From an uncultured Anaerolineales bacterium (GTDB lineage Bacteria; Chloroflexota; Anaerolineae; Anaerolineales; UBA11858): a DNA stretch of 64,000 nt. Positions 17,733-26,534 of this stretch are shown here, in pieces. Where the stretch lies: positions 12,894 through 76,893 of the forward strand of contig CAYWFK010000001.1 in the NCBI GenBank assembly GCA_964457375.1. The letters run 5' to 3'. A program made the translations under genes and the position numbers. Numbering within the stretch: position 1 is the first letter of the stretch; every line of letters starts with the position of its first letter. The notes below the pieces were generated by a model. It saw only the letters and a program-made list of their open reading frames with translations. It was not told the origin of the DNA and ran no database searches.

Positions 17733-18440
17733 ATGGCATCAGGACTGCTTACGAAATTCTCGAAATCTTATTCAATCAAGGCAACAATCGAGTACATCAA
17801 CGCATTGCGAAACGTCCTGGGGGATAATGGGGTATTGACTGTTCTTCGTGAAGCGGGGATGTTGAAAAAGATAGCTACACCGGTCGGTAAAGGAAAACGA
17901 GTAATTATTTCTTATGATGAATTTTCTGCGTTGAACTACGCAATCGAACGTATTTATGGCCCGCAAGGGTTGATTGTGGTTGCCCATCAGGCAAGCAGAA
18001 AAAGTTTCCTGCCGAGTTTTCAGGCATACACTGAAATTTCCCGTATTCAACACCCTGATTTTCAAAATCTGCCGCTGGAGAAAAAACTATTTTTCGGATT
18101 ATTGTCGATTGGCCAGGTGCTTGAACGTGTGAGCAATCAGAAAATTACTGTCGAAGATAAAGGGGATTATTATCTGTTTCTGATTTCCGATTGTGTGGCT
18201 TGCTGGCAAAGGACATCCCATGTTCCGATTTGTTACTACCAAACCGGATTAATTCGCGGGGGGCTGGAGTGGATTACTCAGGGGGCTGATTTCCCGATTC
18301 ATGAGGAAACCTGTATTGCGAGGGGGGATGAACGCTGTGGATTTCTCATCAGAAAGAAGCCGTATACGCGGGAAGAAAAAGGTTCCGGTATTACGAGCTA
18401 TCTCACCCGGGCAAGCAGCATGTTCGACCAGAACCGATAG
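17733..18440 (+). CDS. V4R (4-vinyl-reductase-type) domain protein, a putative small-molecule-binding protein
   Basis: The C-terminal region CVACWQRTSHVPICYYQTGLIRGGLEW...HEETCIARGDERCGFLI matches the V4R pattern (Cys pair ... C-x-A-x-G-D-x-x-C-x-F). Confidence 0.6.
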   Translation: MASGLLTKFSKSYSIKATIEYINALRNVLGDNGVLTVLREAGMLKKIATPVGKGKRVIISYDEFSALNYAIERIYGPQGLIVVAHQASRKSFLPSFQAYTEISRIQHPDFQNLPLEKKLFFGLLSIGQVLERVSNQKITVEDKGDYYLFLISDCVACWQRTSHVPICYYQTGLIRGGLEWITQGADFPIHEETCIARGDERCGFLIRKKPYTREEKGSGITSYLTRASSMFDQNR

Positions 18441-18577
18441 CCTGAAACGCTCATCGACAAACACGCAGCGGGCATTTCGGTAATAGCGGGTGAACGCGGG
18501 CGGTATCATGGAGTGCCGTAACGGTGCATAGCATTGTTGTTGTAATGCGACAATTCATGGCAAACTTTGGCAACCGT

Positions 18578-21121
18578 TCACGGGTTGATGTGATGGAACC
18601 AAAAATCCAATACACTTTCCGCAGGTTTGCCGTGAACGGATGTGGATTTATCCAGTAAAACAGCAGGGGGATAATAGCCCCTAGAAACAAACCCACCGAT
18701 CCAGTTATATTGGTTGGCGGCTGATAGTACAGCCTGGTAGGCATCTGCCTGCTCTTTGAGATCGATTTTGACGGACGGGTAATCGGGGGCAGGGTATTCG
18801 AGATTGCGGATATCGAAACATTGAGAAACCGGATCTTCCGGACATCCGGAAATTCCTCCGTCTACCGACGGGAAAGATACAGCCAGAATAAGCGCCGGTT
18901 TGGTGCCGATGGATTCAGCAGAATTCTTGCCCGCGGTCGGGTTCACTTTGGGAGTCCAGGAAAGCCAAAAAGGATGGACTTTTTTCTCGAGGATAAAGGC
19001 GGCTTTTTCGGTAACGCGTTCAAGTTCCGGGTGGTTGTTTTTTGCCAGCCGGGCATCGAATGACAAATAAAGCTGGTCGACCTTGTTGATGAAATACGGG
19101 GGCTTTTCGATGCCGTCCGGGTACGGAAGATCCCAGATGATTTTGCCGGAATAAACTTTTCTGATTTGTTCGATGATTTTTTCCCATCTGTCATTTGCAT
19201 CCAAAGGGACTTGTGAATTGCTGCCATCCGCCAATTTTCCGTGGGGCAGTGCGGGGGCAAGCCATTCTCCCCCGATGACAAGCATTTTTACCTGGTAGAT
19301 TTCTGCTAATTTTGCGTAATGCAGAATGAAAGTTTCATATTGATCGAACCAGGAAACCCACCATGAGAAAGTGCGCGGCGCTTTTACCCACCAGTCTTCC
19401 GGATTGGTGGGAAATTGGGGGGTTGGTTTGATGGCTGCTGACATTCCTGATGATTGTGTTTGTTGAATGAAGGCGGTCAGTTCCATCCAGTGCATGCTGT
19501 TCCCGGAAGCGGGGAGCAGTACCGGAGGATTGTTTTCGACGAATGACCAGCGGGGAGTGAAAATCACAGTGTTGACGCCGAGTGATGCCAAATGTGCCAG
19601 CGATGACGGCATGAGCGGTCCCCAGTCCGGCTTGTATCCCGGTTGAAATTCGACTGCCTGGATGAAGTCATGCCTTTTCCTGACCTGTGGTTCTCCCGGA
19701 ATTGTGTATTTGCTATTCCCTTCGAGCCATGCCCATTTTTCGATTTGGTCCTGAATGATGATTGGTTGATTGCCTGGTTTCACCACTTTCCCGGATGAAT
19801 AGTCTCCGACTGTTCTCAGGTCGTCTGCATGGTTACACTGTCCCTGGCGGCAGTATCTGACCCCGACTTTTTGAACAGTTTGCAGCGGGCTGGTGAGAAT
19901 ATAAACCCATCTTCGATCCCCGACTTTCCACATCGGCAGAGGTTCGGTCCAGCCATAGGGGTTGAATTGGATGAAAATTTTCTCGTCCGCAGGGGTGTCT
20001 TCCGGAACGGTGATATCGAAGGTGATCGGTTTGAGACCGCTGGTGTTGAAAGATGCGATTTCGTCTTCGATGACGGTCGAGGTTGGGGGAACGATGAACG
20101 AACGGACGATGAAATGGTCTCCCTGTTGTTGTTCGGAGTTCCAGAAACCATCTCCAAGCGTATATTTGTAATGGATGTCGGTGCCGGAGGGGAGCGAAAG
20201 AATGATGCCATATCTTCCGTCAGGAAGTGGAGAAAGAACAGGCATGCGGGTTGCCAGACCATTGATCCCGCCGGCGAGATCGGAAAAAGTATTCCCGAGC
20301 TGGAAAAGATTTCCGGCAAGGCGTAAGGGGACGGCGGGGATCATATCGGGAGGAACCTTGACAATGAAAGCGACATCCACGAAAACAGCCGGCTGGAGAG
20401 AAACGTTCACCGGTGTATTGGAATCTTCGGCAACCAGAGCGCCTTGTTGGTGAGGTTGAAAAGAACCGTCGATAGCGTAAATCACCAGGTTGTGTGTGCC
20501 GGGAGGCAAGCCTTGCAATGCGAAGGATCCGTTTGCATTGGTGTAGGTTTGTGCACCACCGGCAGAGACAAGAAGCCCTGGCAGCGGTTCGCTGTCGGGT
20601 TCCCGCGTGATTGTTCCTGAAATTCTTCCGGTTTTCCCTTTGTATTGTGTGTCAGTCCAGCGGGTAACGATATCATGGATTTCCGCCGGTGCGGTAATCC
20701 ATGCAAGCCTGTATCGTACCGGGTCTCCTTCGAAGGTGTGTTCTTCGCTGAGGATGTTGCCTTTTCTGGAATATCGGTATTTGACGATAGTTCCGATTTC
20801 GAAAGGGAGCTGGATGGTGTATTGGCGGGGACCGGTTTTTTCCATCGAATAGCGTTTGGCATTCAGCGCCAATCCGGTGACTTCATCGAGAATACTGATG
20901 AGGATGGGGTCGCTTTCCGGTGTGTTTGCCGGCACGGTAACTGTGAAGGTAATCAACGTCTCTTTGGGTGTCTCGGTATTTACTACCGGTGTTTGTGTTG
21001 CCGGTTGCACGGTCGGTTGCACCGGAACTATGCCGCAGGCTGTAATCGTGAATATCAGCAGCACACCCGCCAGAAAGACCTTGATGAACGTGCCTCGCAA
21101 TATTTGTGGGTTGTTATTCAT
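18578..21121 (-). CDS. Large secreted lipoprotein with three CBM20-like beta-sandwich modules, a carboxypeptidase-regulatory-like domain and a C-terminal TIM-barrel glycoside-hydrolase-like domain
   Basis: Signal peptide with lipobox ITAC. Three repeats of the pattern ITF-V-VP..TP....(I/L)....G......Y.I.L....T...YKY/RY. GRISGTITRE...TNANGSFALQGLPPGTHNLVIY is CarboxypepD_reg-like. The C-terminus has LGVNTVIFTPRW...MLVIGGEW. The hydrolase family is not identified. Confidence 0.55.
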   Translation of the reverse strand: MNNNPQILRGTFIKVFLAGVLLIFTITACGIVPVQPTVQPATQTPVVNTETPKETLITFTVTVPANTPESDPILISILDEVTGLALNAKRYSMEKTGPRQYTIQLPFEIGTIVKYRYSRKGNILSEEHTFEGDPVRYRLAWITAPAEIHDIVTRWTDTQYKGKTGRISGTITREPDSEPLPGLLVSAGGAQTYTNANGSFALQGLPPGTHNLVIYAIDGSFQPHQQGALVAEDSNTPVNVSLQPAVFVDVAFIVKVPPDMIPAVPLRLAGNLFQLGNTFSDLAGGINGLATRMPVLSPLPDGRYGIILSLPSGTDIHYKYTLGDGFWNSEQQQGDHFIVRSFIVPPTSTVIEDEIASFNTSGLKPITFDITVPEDTPADEKIFIQFNPYGWTEPLPMWKVGDRRWVYILTSPLQTVQKVGVRYCRQGQCNHADDLRTVGDYSSGKVVKPGNQPIIIQDQIEKWAWLEGNSKYTIPGEPQVRKRHDFIQAVEFQPGYKPDWGPLMPSSLAHLASLGVNTVIFTPRWSFVENNPPVLLPASGNSMHWMELTAFIQQTQSSGMSAAIKPTPQFPTNPEDWWVKAPRTFSWWVSWFDQYETFILHYAKLAEIYQVKMLVIGGEWLAPALPHGKLADGSNSQVPLDANDRWEKIIEQIRKVYSGKIIWDLPYPDGIEKPPYFINKVDQLYLSFDARLAKNNHPELERVTEKAAFILEKKVHPFWLSWTPKVNPTAGKNSAESIGTKPALILAVSFPSVDGGISGCPEDPVSQCFDIRNLEYPAPDYPSVKIDLKEQADAYQAVLSAANQYNWIGGFVSRGYYPPAVLLDKSTSVHGKPAESVLDFWFHHINP

Positions 21122-21879
21122 GCGATAACCTCATCCTGTATGATTTGCATCATTACTTCGGGGTTCATAATTTTATCAATCGGGATCTTGACAGGGCGTA
21201 TGTGGAACAATTCTATCACCAGCTGCCCGTTCCTGATGTCTACCAGCCGGACTTTTTTCCAGGGGATGGTTTTTTGTTGGGCTGTGAAGTGGTATTTCGT
21301 GATGGAAATTGGACCGTAGTCCAGTGCGGCGCCTGTTTTTAGTAACGCCCTGTCGCGTGAAAGGATTTCCGGGTAGCGCTTTGCTTTGATTTTCGAAACG
21401 ATTTCAGGGAAGTTTTGGCTATTGACCGGCAGCCGGATGGGTTTGCCGGTTGCGGGGAAGATGACCAAATCATAGTGGCTCGATATTTTAATCCCTAAAA
21501 AGGTTTTATCGGTAATTGCCGTTGAGATTCCGGCGATATGTTCCCACGCCAGTGTTTTTTCCTTGCGGAACGGCAGCCGGATGATTATCCCGTGTTTGTA
21601 GATGGTCAAACAACGGTGTGCATGCTTGATCTTATGCAGGAGCCAAACGATGATTGAAACCAGAAGCGCACTGGCTAGCCATAGCCAGGGTTTGGCGCGG
21701 GCTTCTGCGACAACGGGTCCGTATTGCAGAGCAATTTGACTTTTTTTCAGTAGGGTGATTATAAAAACGAAAAGTACAAAAGTGCTGGCCGGAAGAAAGC
21801 GGAAAAGGAAAAATTTCCATGTCAGGCGTTGCTGGCAATATTTTTTGCCAGTTAGATAGCGTGATTGTTTCTTTTTCAT
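21118..21879 (-). CDS. Hypothetical membrane protein (2 TM segments plus two PH-like beta-rich repeats)
   Basis: ORF with two hydrophobic helices. Its stop overlaps the ATG of the downstream lipoprotein gene (ATGA at 21118-21121). Confidence 0.55.
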   Translation of the reverse strand: MKKKQSRYLTGKKYCQQRLTWKFFLFRFLPASTFVLFVFIITLLKKSQIALQYGPVVAEARAKPWLWLASALLVSIIVWLLHKIKHAHRCLTIYKHGIIIRLPFRKEKTLAWEHIAGISTAITDKTFLGIKISSHYDLVIFPATGKPIRLPVNSQNFPEIVSKIKAKRYPEILSRDRALLKTGAALDYGPISITKYHFTAQQKTIPWKKVRLVDIRNGQLVIELFHIRPVKIPIDKIMNPEVMMQIIQDEVIA

Positions 21880-22157
21880 AGAACCTTTGGCAAGTAAAGC
21901 CCTGTAAGGGCGTATTATTTGTTATCTCAGTCGATTGCAATACTCGTGCCTGATTGTACACCAAACTATGCAATCGTTCATCCCTGTGCCGGCGGTGCTA
22001 TTGGTGGAATGCATCGGCGACGCATAGGCAACGAGGAGCGGGATGATCGGGGAAACGGTTTTAGCGAAGGAAGAGTAAACCGTTGTTCGGGTGTTTTTTC
22101 GGGCGGAGTTAACCAACCGGGGGCCCTATTTGGGCAGATGAACCGGATGCGGTGCAA

Positions 22158-23060
22158 TCAGGGATTGTGCAGTTTGTTTTGTTCTTTTTCTTTTTTCCCC
22201 TGGGCGATTTTCGCCAGCCCGATGCTGGCAAAATATAACAAAATCATCGGACCCATGACCAGACCCATGTTTACCGGGTCGACGGTAGGGGTGATGATTG
22301 CTGCGATAACAGCAATCAGGATGACGGCAATCCGCCATTGCGACAACAAGGTTTGTGCTTTGACGATGCCCATTCTTGCCAGCGCGAAGACGACCAGCGG
22401 AAACTCGAAAGCAACACCGATCCAAAACAGGAGACTGGTAACGAATTTGACGTAGGAAGCCGGGCGGACGGCTGTTTTGATGCCCATGAAGTGCAGCAAG
22501 AAGGGGAGTGCTGTGGGCATCATGACATAGTAGGCAAACGCCATTCCGGCAACGAACAACAGGGTTGCAACGGGGATCAATAGGAGGCCTCTGATGCGGG
22601 CACCTTTTTTCAGGCCGGGAGCAGCAAACAACCACAGTTCAAGGGTGATATACGGAATGGCAAGGGAAAAACCGGCAAGCAAAACGACGCGCATTACGAC
22701 TCCGACCGGTTCAGTAACTTCGATTGCCTGAAGAGCGCCAATTCCCCCGATGGGCTTGGTAAGCCATTCGAGCAGCTGCTGCGCAAATACAAACGAGAAC
22801 ACCGTGGTAATGATCATAAAAAGCAAAGCACGGAAAACATGTTTTCGGAAAACCTCGATGTGTTCCATCAGCCCCATCGGGTTTTCGATGGCTTTGGCAA
22901 ACGCATCGGGTAATGGTGTGTCTTCCGGTTCTTCGGTGAACAGCTCGTGGATGTTTGCATAGACGCTTGCGATCCATTTGGAGATACTTTTCCCCAGCCA
23001 AAAGAGCAGGCGAAAAGGCGCGGTGATCGTTCGCCATAAGATGTTCAGGAACTTGCGCAT
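22158..23060 (-). CDS. tatC: Twin-arginine translocase subunit TatC
   Basis: MEHIEVFRKHVFRALLFMIITTV... plus six TM helices typical of TatC. There is a roughly 60-aa N-terminal extension, so the start may instead be 22877 or 22868. Confidence 0.85.
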   Translation of the reverse strand: MRKFLNILWRTITAPFRLLFWLGKSISKWIASVYANIHELFTEEPEDTPLPDAFAKAIENPMGLMEHIEVFRKHVFRALLFMIITTVFSFVFAQQLLEWLTKPIGGIGALQAIEVTEPVGVVMRVVLLAGFSLAIPYITLELWLFAAPGLKKGARIRGLLLIPVATLLFVAGMAFAYYVMMPTALPFLLHFMGIKTAVRPASYVKFVTSLLFWIGVAFEFPLVVFALARMGIVKAQTLLSQWRIAVILIAVIAAIITPTVDPVNMGLVMGPMILLYFASIGLAKIAQGKKEKEQNKLHNP

Positions 23061-23063
23061 AGG

Positions 23064-23486
23064 TTATTGTTCGGTTCTTTCTGTTTGTTCTGTTTCGGTT
23101 TCAGATGTTGAAGAAGTTTCAGCCGGAGGTTTGACGAATTGTGCCGATGCCGGCGGAGGGGTTGTCCATGCAGAGAGACCCCGGTTGATTTCCGCTTTTT
23201 CCTGTGCAAGGGTGTTGTTCAAATCAGCAAGAGTATCTTCGGGCAGCGTTTCTTTGATGTCTTTTTGGAGTTCTTCAAGTCCGGCTTCCCGCATCAGGCG
23301 GTTAGGCAGGTGCCTGATTTCACGGGAAGTTTGCTGGAAGATGCGCCATCCGTCGGAGGTGACGAGTTTCCGTAAAAACTTCCCGATTGTCTTTCCTGTT
23401 TTTACCATTTCATTAGGCCCAAGGACGATGAGTGCAATGATCAGCACGAAGAGAATCTCCATGGGGCCTACACCTAAAATTTCCAT
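23064..23486 (-). CDS. tatA: TatA/TatB-family Sec-independent translocase subunit
   Basis: MEILGVGPMEILFVLIIALIVLGPNEMVKTGKTIGKFLRKL: TM helix, hinge, then amphipathic helix. The 140-aa length is more TatB-like. Confidence 0.8.
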   Translation of the reverse strand: MEILGVGPMEILFVLIIALIVLGPNEMVKTGKTIGKFLRKLVTSDGWRIFQQTSREIRHLPNRLMREAGLEELQKDIKETLPEDTLADLNNTLAQEKAEINRGLSAWTTPPPASAQFVKPPAETSSTSETETEQTERTEQ

Positions 23487-23487
23487 G

Positions 23488-23940
23488 TTATTTGTTTTTT
23501 TGTTCGACTGTCAAGGATTGAAGGGATTGGCGGATTTCATGATAGCGGGGTGCCAAACTGCCCAGTACACCATTGACGAATCTGGGCGCGCTGTCGGAGC
23601 CAAATAGTTTGGCTAGCTCTACGGCTTCATTAATTGCTACTTTTAGGGGAGTATCGCCTTGGACGCCAAATTCCCAGAGGGCAATTCTGAGAATGTTCCG
23701 ATCGATGATGGCTACCTGATCAATTGGCCATTCCGGTGCGTGCTCGGCAATAAACGAATCGAGTGATTCCCTGAGCGGCCAAACGCCAACGACGATTTGC
23801 TGGATAAATCTTTCCAATCGTTCGTCCAAATCACTATCATCCAGCCTGTTCTTGATGACTTCGCCGGATGGATGACCAACCAGATCAATTTCGTAAAGTG
23901 CTTGCAGAGCAATCCCGCGTGCTCTGGTACGGGGTTTCAT
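23488..23940 (-). CDS. nusB: Transcription antitermination factor NusB
   Basis: RTRARGIALQALYEIDL... and DRNILRIALWEF...VAINEAVELAKLFG. Confidence 0.9.
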   Translation of the reverse strand: MKPRTRARGIALQALYEIDLVGHPSGEVIKNRLDDSDLDERLERFIQQIVVGVWPLRESLDSFIAEHAPEWPIDQVAIIDRNILRIALWEFGVQGDTPLKVAINEAVELAKLFGSDSAPRFVNGVLGSLAPRYHEIRQSLQSLTVEQKNK

Positions 23941-24312
23941 CTAGGGTTGGGCCTCCTCGTTGTTTTCCTTGTCGTTGAAGTCGATATCCTCGATGTGAAT
24001 ATTGATTTTACCGACTTCCATACCAACCATTTTCGAGACAGCACGGGATACGGCTTTTTGTATGTTCCGGCTGACTTCCCGGATATTGACGTCGTTTTCC
24101 ATGACGACATAGATATCTGCGTTGACAAGGTTATCGGCAATTTCCAGGTGGACGCCCTCGCTTTGTGTTTTCTTGAAAAACTGATCCATGCGCGGCGGGG
24201 CGGGGCTCAGGCGGCTTACCCCTTCCACTTCGAGGGTTGTTAACCGTGCGATGGTGAGAATTACGTCTGGCGAGATGGTGGTTTTTCCTGGTGTTCTTGT
24301 GTTCTCGTCCAT
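23941..24312 (-). CDS. Asp23/Gls24-family (alkaline shock) protein
   Basis: GKTTISPDVILTIARLTTLEVEGVSRL and VNIREVSRNIQKAVSRAVSKMVGMEV. It abuts nusB with no gap, as in Firmicutes (yqhY-nusB). Confidence 0.85.
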   Translation of the reverse strand: MDENTRTPGKTTISPDVILTIARLTTLEVEGVSRLSPAPPRMDQFFKKTQSEGVHLEIADNLVNADIYVVMENDVNIREVSRNIQKAVSRAVSKMVGMEVGKINIHIEDIDFNDKENNEEAQP

Positions 24313-24339
24313 AACTTATCTTGTTCCTTTTCGGAAAGA

Positions 24340-25104
24340 TTACATCATAGCCATACCGCCATCCACACCGAGTATTTGACCGGTGATGTAGGCGGCTTGT
24401 TCCGAAGCGAGAAAAGCAACGGCGTAGGCAATTTCTTCCGGGGATCCTTTTCTTCCCAAGGGGATGAGCTTGATTACTTCCTGGCGCATTTCTTCCGGCA
24501 CACCTGCCCAGATTTCCGTTTCGATATATCCTGCGGCAATGCCATTGACGGTAATGTTCCGTGTTGCCACTTCCCGGGCGAGTGCTTTGGTAAACCCGAT
24601 TTGGGCGGCTTTCGAAGCGGAATAGTTCGTTTGTCCTGCGTTCCCCATTTGGCCGGCGACGGAGGTAATGTTGATAATACGCCCGTAGTGCTTTCTCATC
24701 ATATGGCGCACAGCGGCTTTCGAGCAGTTGAAAGTGCCCTTGATGTTGATGCGCTGGACTGCGTCCCAGTCTTCTTCTTTCATCATCATGATGAGTTTGT
24801 CGCGGGTGATACCGGCGTTGTTGACGAGAATATCCAGCCCGCCGAGTATGGAGATGCTTTCTTTTACCAGGGTTTGTGCTTGTCCGAAGTCTCCGACGTC
24901 TGCCTGAAAAACGAAAGCTTTTCCGCCGTTTTCCTCAATGGCAGCCAGGACCTTTTGGGCACGTTCTTTGGAATGATTGTAATTGATCATCACAACAGCG
25001 CCGCGCTTTGCCAGTTCCAGAGCGATGGCTTCTCCGATGCCCCTCGATGCTCCTGTTACCAGTGCTTTTTTTCCTTCAAGGCTGAGAGATTTGGTTTCTG
25101 CCAT
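24340..25104 (-). CDS. fabG: 3-oxoacyl-ACP reductase
   Basis: SDR motifs TGASRGIG, NNAG and YSASKAA. It lies next to fabD. Confidence 0.85.
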   Translation of the reverse strand: MAETKSLSLEGKKALVTGASRGIGEAIALELAKRGAVVMINYNHSKERAQKVLAAIEENGGKAFVFQADVGDFGQAQTLVKESISILGGLDILVNNAGITRDKLIMMMKEEDWDAVQRINIKGTFNCSKAAVRHMMRKHYGRIINITSVAGQMGNAGQTNYSASKAAQIGFTKALAREVATRNITVNGIAAGYIETEIWAGVPEEMRQEVIKLIPLGRKGSPEEIAYAVAFLASEQAAYITGQILGVDGGMAMM

Positions 25105-25170
25105 AATTTTCCCGGATACTTTTCAATAATTATACCGCACCTGAACTTGTCATGTTAGGCAGGTGCCGGT

Positions 25171-26124
25171 TTATTCTTCATTTAAGAGAGAAATCACCTG
25201 TTCGATTTCCGACGCGGTGTTGGTGGAATACCGCCCGTAGTGGCGGTTGATTCTTTTCGTCAGGCCGGTGAGAACGTTGCCGTTACCGATTTCAATAAAG
25301 GTCTCGATGCTGAAGCTGCCCATGACACGGATTGATTCAGTCCAGCGTACTCTGGATGTTAATTGTGCCTGGAGGTCGGCTTTGATTCGCTGAGCGGTTT
25401 TCATGGGGCACGCCGCGACGTTCCCGACAACCGGGATGAGCGGATCTGCCAGACCGGCTTGCCCAACGGCTTCGCTGAATTCGGAAGCTGCTGCTTGCAT
25501 CAACCGGGAATGAGCAGGGATGCTCACTGCCAGCCGGATGACTTTTTTGGCACCGGCAGCCTTGGCAGAATCCATGGCTTTTTCCAGGGCTTTGTTCGAG
25601 CCGGAGATTACCACTTGCCCGGGGCAATTGTCGTTTGCGATTTGTACGGTTTCCGTTCCTGTGCTTGCCTTGCTGCAGATTTCTTCCAGCGTGTGGATAT
25701 CCAACCCGATGATGGCAGCCATTCCGCCGGGGGTGTTTTCTCCGGCTTGCTTCATGAGCAACCCGCGTGCGCGTACCAGGCGAAGTGCGGATTCAAAAGA
25801 AAGGGCATTCGCTGCAACCAATGCACTGATTTCGCCCATGGAGTGACCTGCCAACAGGCGGGGATTTAGACGGGTAACTTGTTTTTCCAGAAGCCTGAGA
25901 ACTGCAACAGAATGAACCAGTAAGGCGGGTTGGGTATTGGCGGTATCGTTGAGTTCGGTTGCCGGCCCTTCCCATGCGATTTTCGATAGTGAATATTGCA
26001 GGATCTCGTCAGCTTCCTGAAAAGTCTCGCGAATGACGGGAAAGTTGTTCGCCAGCTCTTTCCCCATTCCGACAGATTGGGAGCCTTGCCCCGGAAATAT
26101 AAAAGCGTAGTATTTTTTCGTCAT
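25171..26124 (-). CDS. fabD: Malonyl-CoA:ACP transacylase
   Basis: FPGQGSQSVGMG, the active-site motif GHSMGE, and VRWTESI. Confidence 0.9.
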   Translation of the reverse strand: MTKKYYAFIFPGQGSQSVGMGKELANNFPVIRETFQEADEILQYSLSKIAWEGPATELNDTANTQPALLVHSVAVLRLLEKQVTRLNPRLLAGHSMGEISALVAANALSFESALRLVRARGLLMKQAGENTPGGMAAIIGLDIHTLEEICSKASTGTETVQIANDNCPGQVVISGSNKALEKAMDSAKAAGAKKVIRLAVSIPAHSRLMQAAASEFSEAVGQAGLADPLIPVVGNVAACPMKTAQRIKADLQAQLTSRVRWTESIRVMGSFSIETFIEIGNGNVLTGLTKRINRHYGRYSTNTASEIEQVISLLNEE

Positions 26125-26239
26125 AGCACTCTTTTATGAAACGAGAACCACCGGGCAGGATGATTTCGCCCGGTGATTGTTTCTGTGTAATCCATCTGAT
26201 TCTTGGTCAGTCAGGTAAAATGTTCGGTTACCTGCCGGC

Positions 26240-26425
26240 TTAATCTTCTTTGATTTCGACGACTTCACGTCCTTTATAAAAACCGCAATTCGGACACACG
26301 CGATGGGGAAGACGCATCTCCCCGCAGTTGCTGCACTGAACAAGATTTTTGGCTTTTAAAGCATCGTGAGCACGCCTTTGATCGCGTCGCGTTCTGGATG
26401 TTTTTCGTTTTGGAAGCGGGGTCAT
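26240..26425 (-). CDS. rpmF: 50S ribosomal protein L32
   Basis: PLPKRKTSRTRRDQRRAH...CSNCGEMRLPHRVCPNCGFYKGREV. Confidence 0.95.
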   Translation of the reverse strand: MTPLPKRKTSRTRRDQRRAHDALKAKNLVQCSNCGEMRLPHRVCPNCGFYKGREVVEIKED

Positions 26426-26534
26426 GATCTTACTCCTAACAATTAGACAATATCAAGGCCTGTGTGTTACAGGCTTGCCGATTATACGGACGGGGTGAAG
26501 ATGTGTCAAGGTGTTTTTCACGATACGTTGGTTT

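Noticed and set aside
21919-22635. 178-aa and 169-aa ORFs overlapping tatC and its downstream spacer
   Set aside because: They overlap the well-supported tatC frame, and neither has a motif or an RBS.
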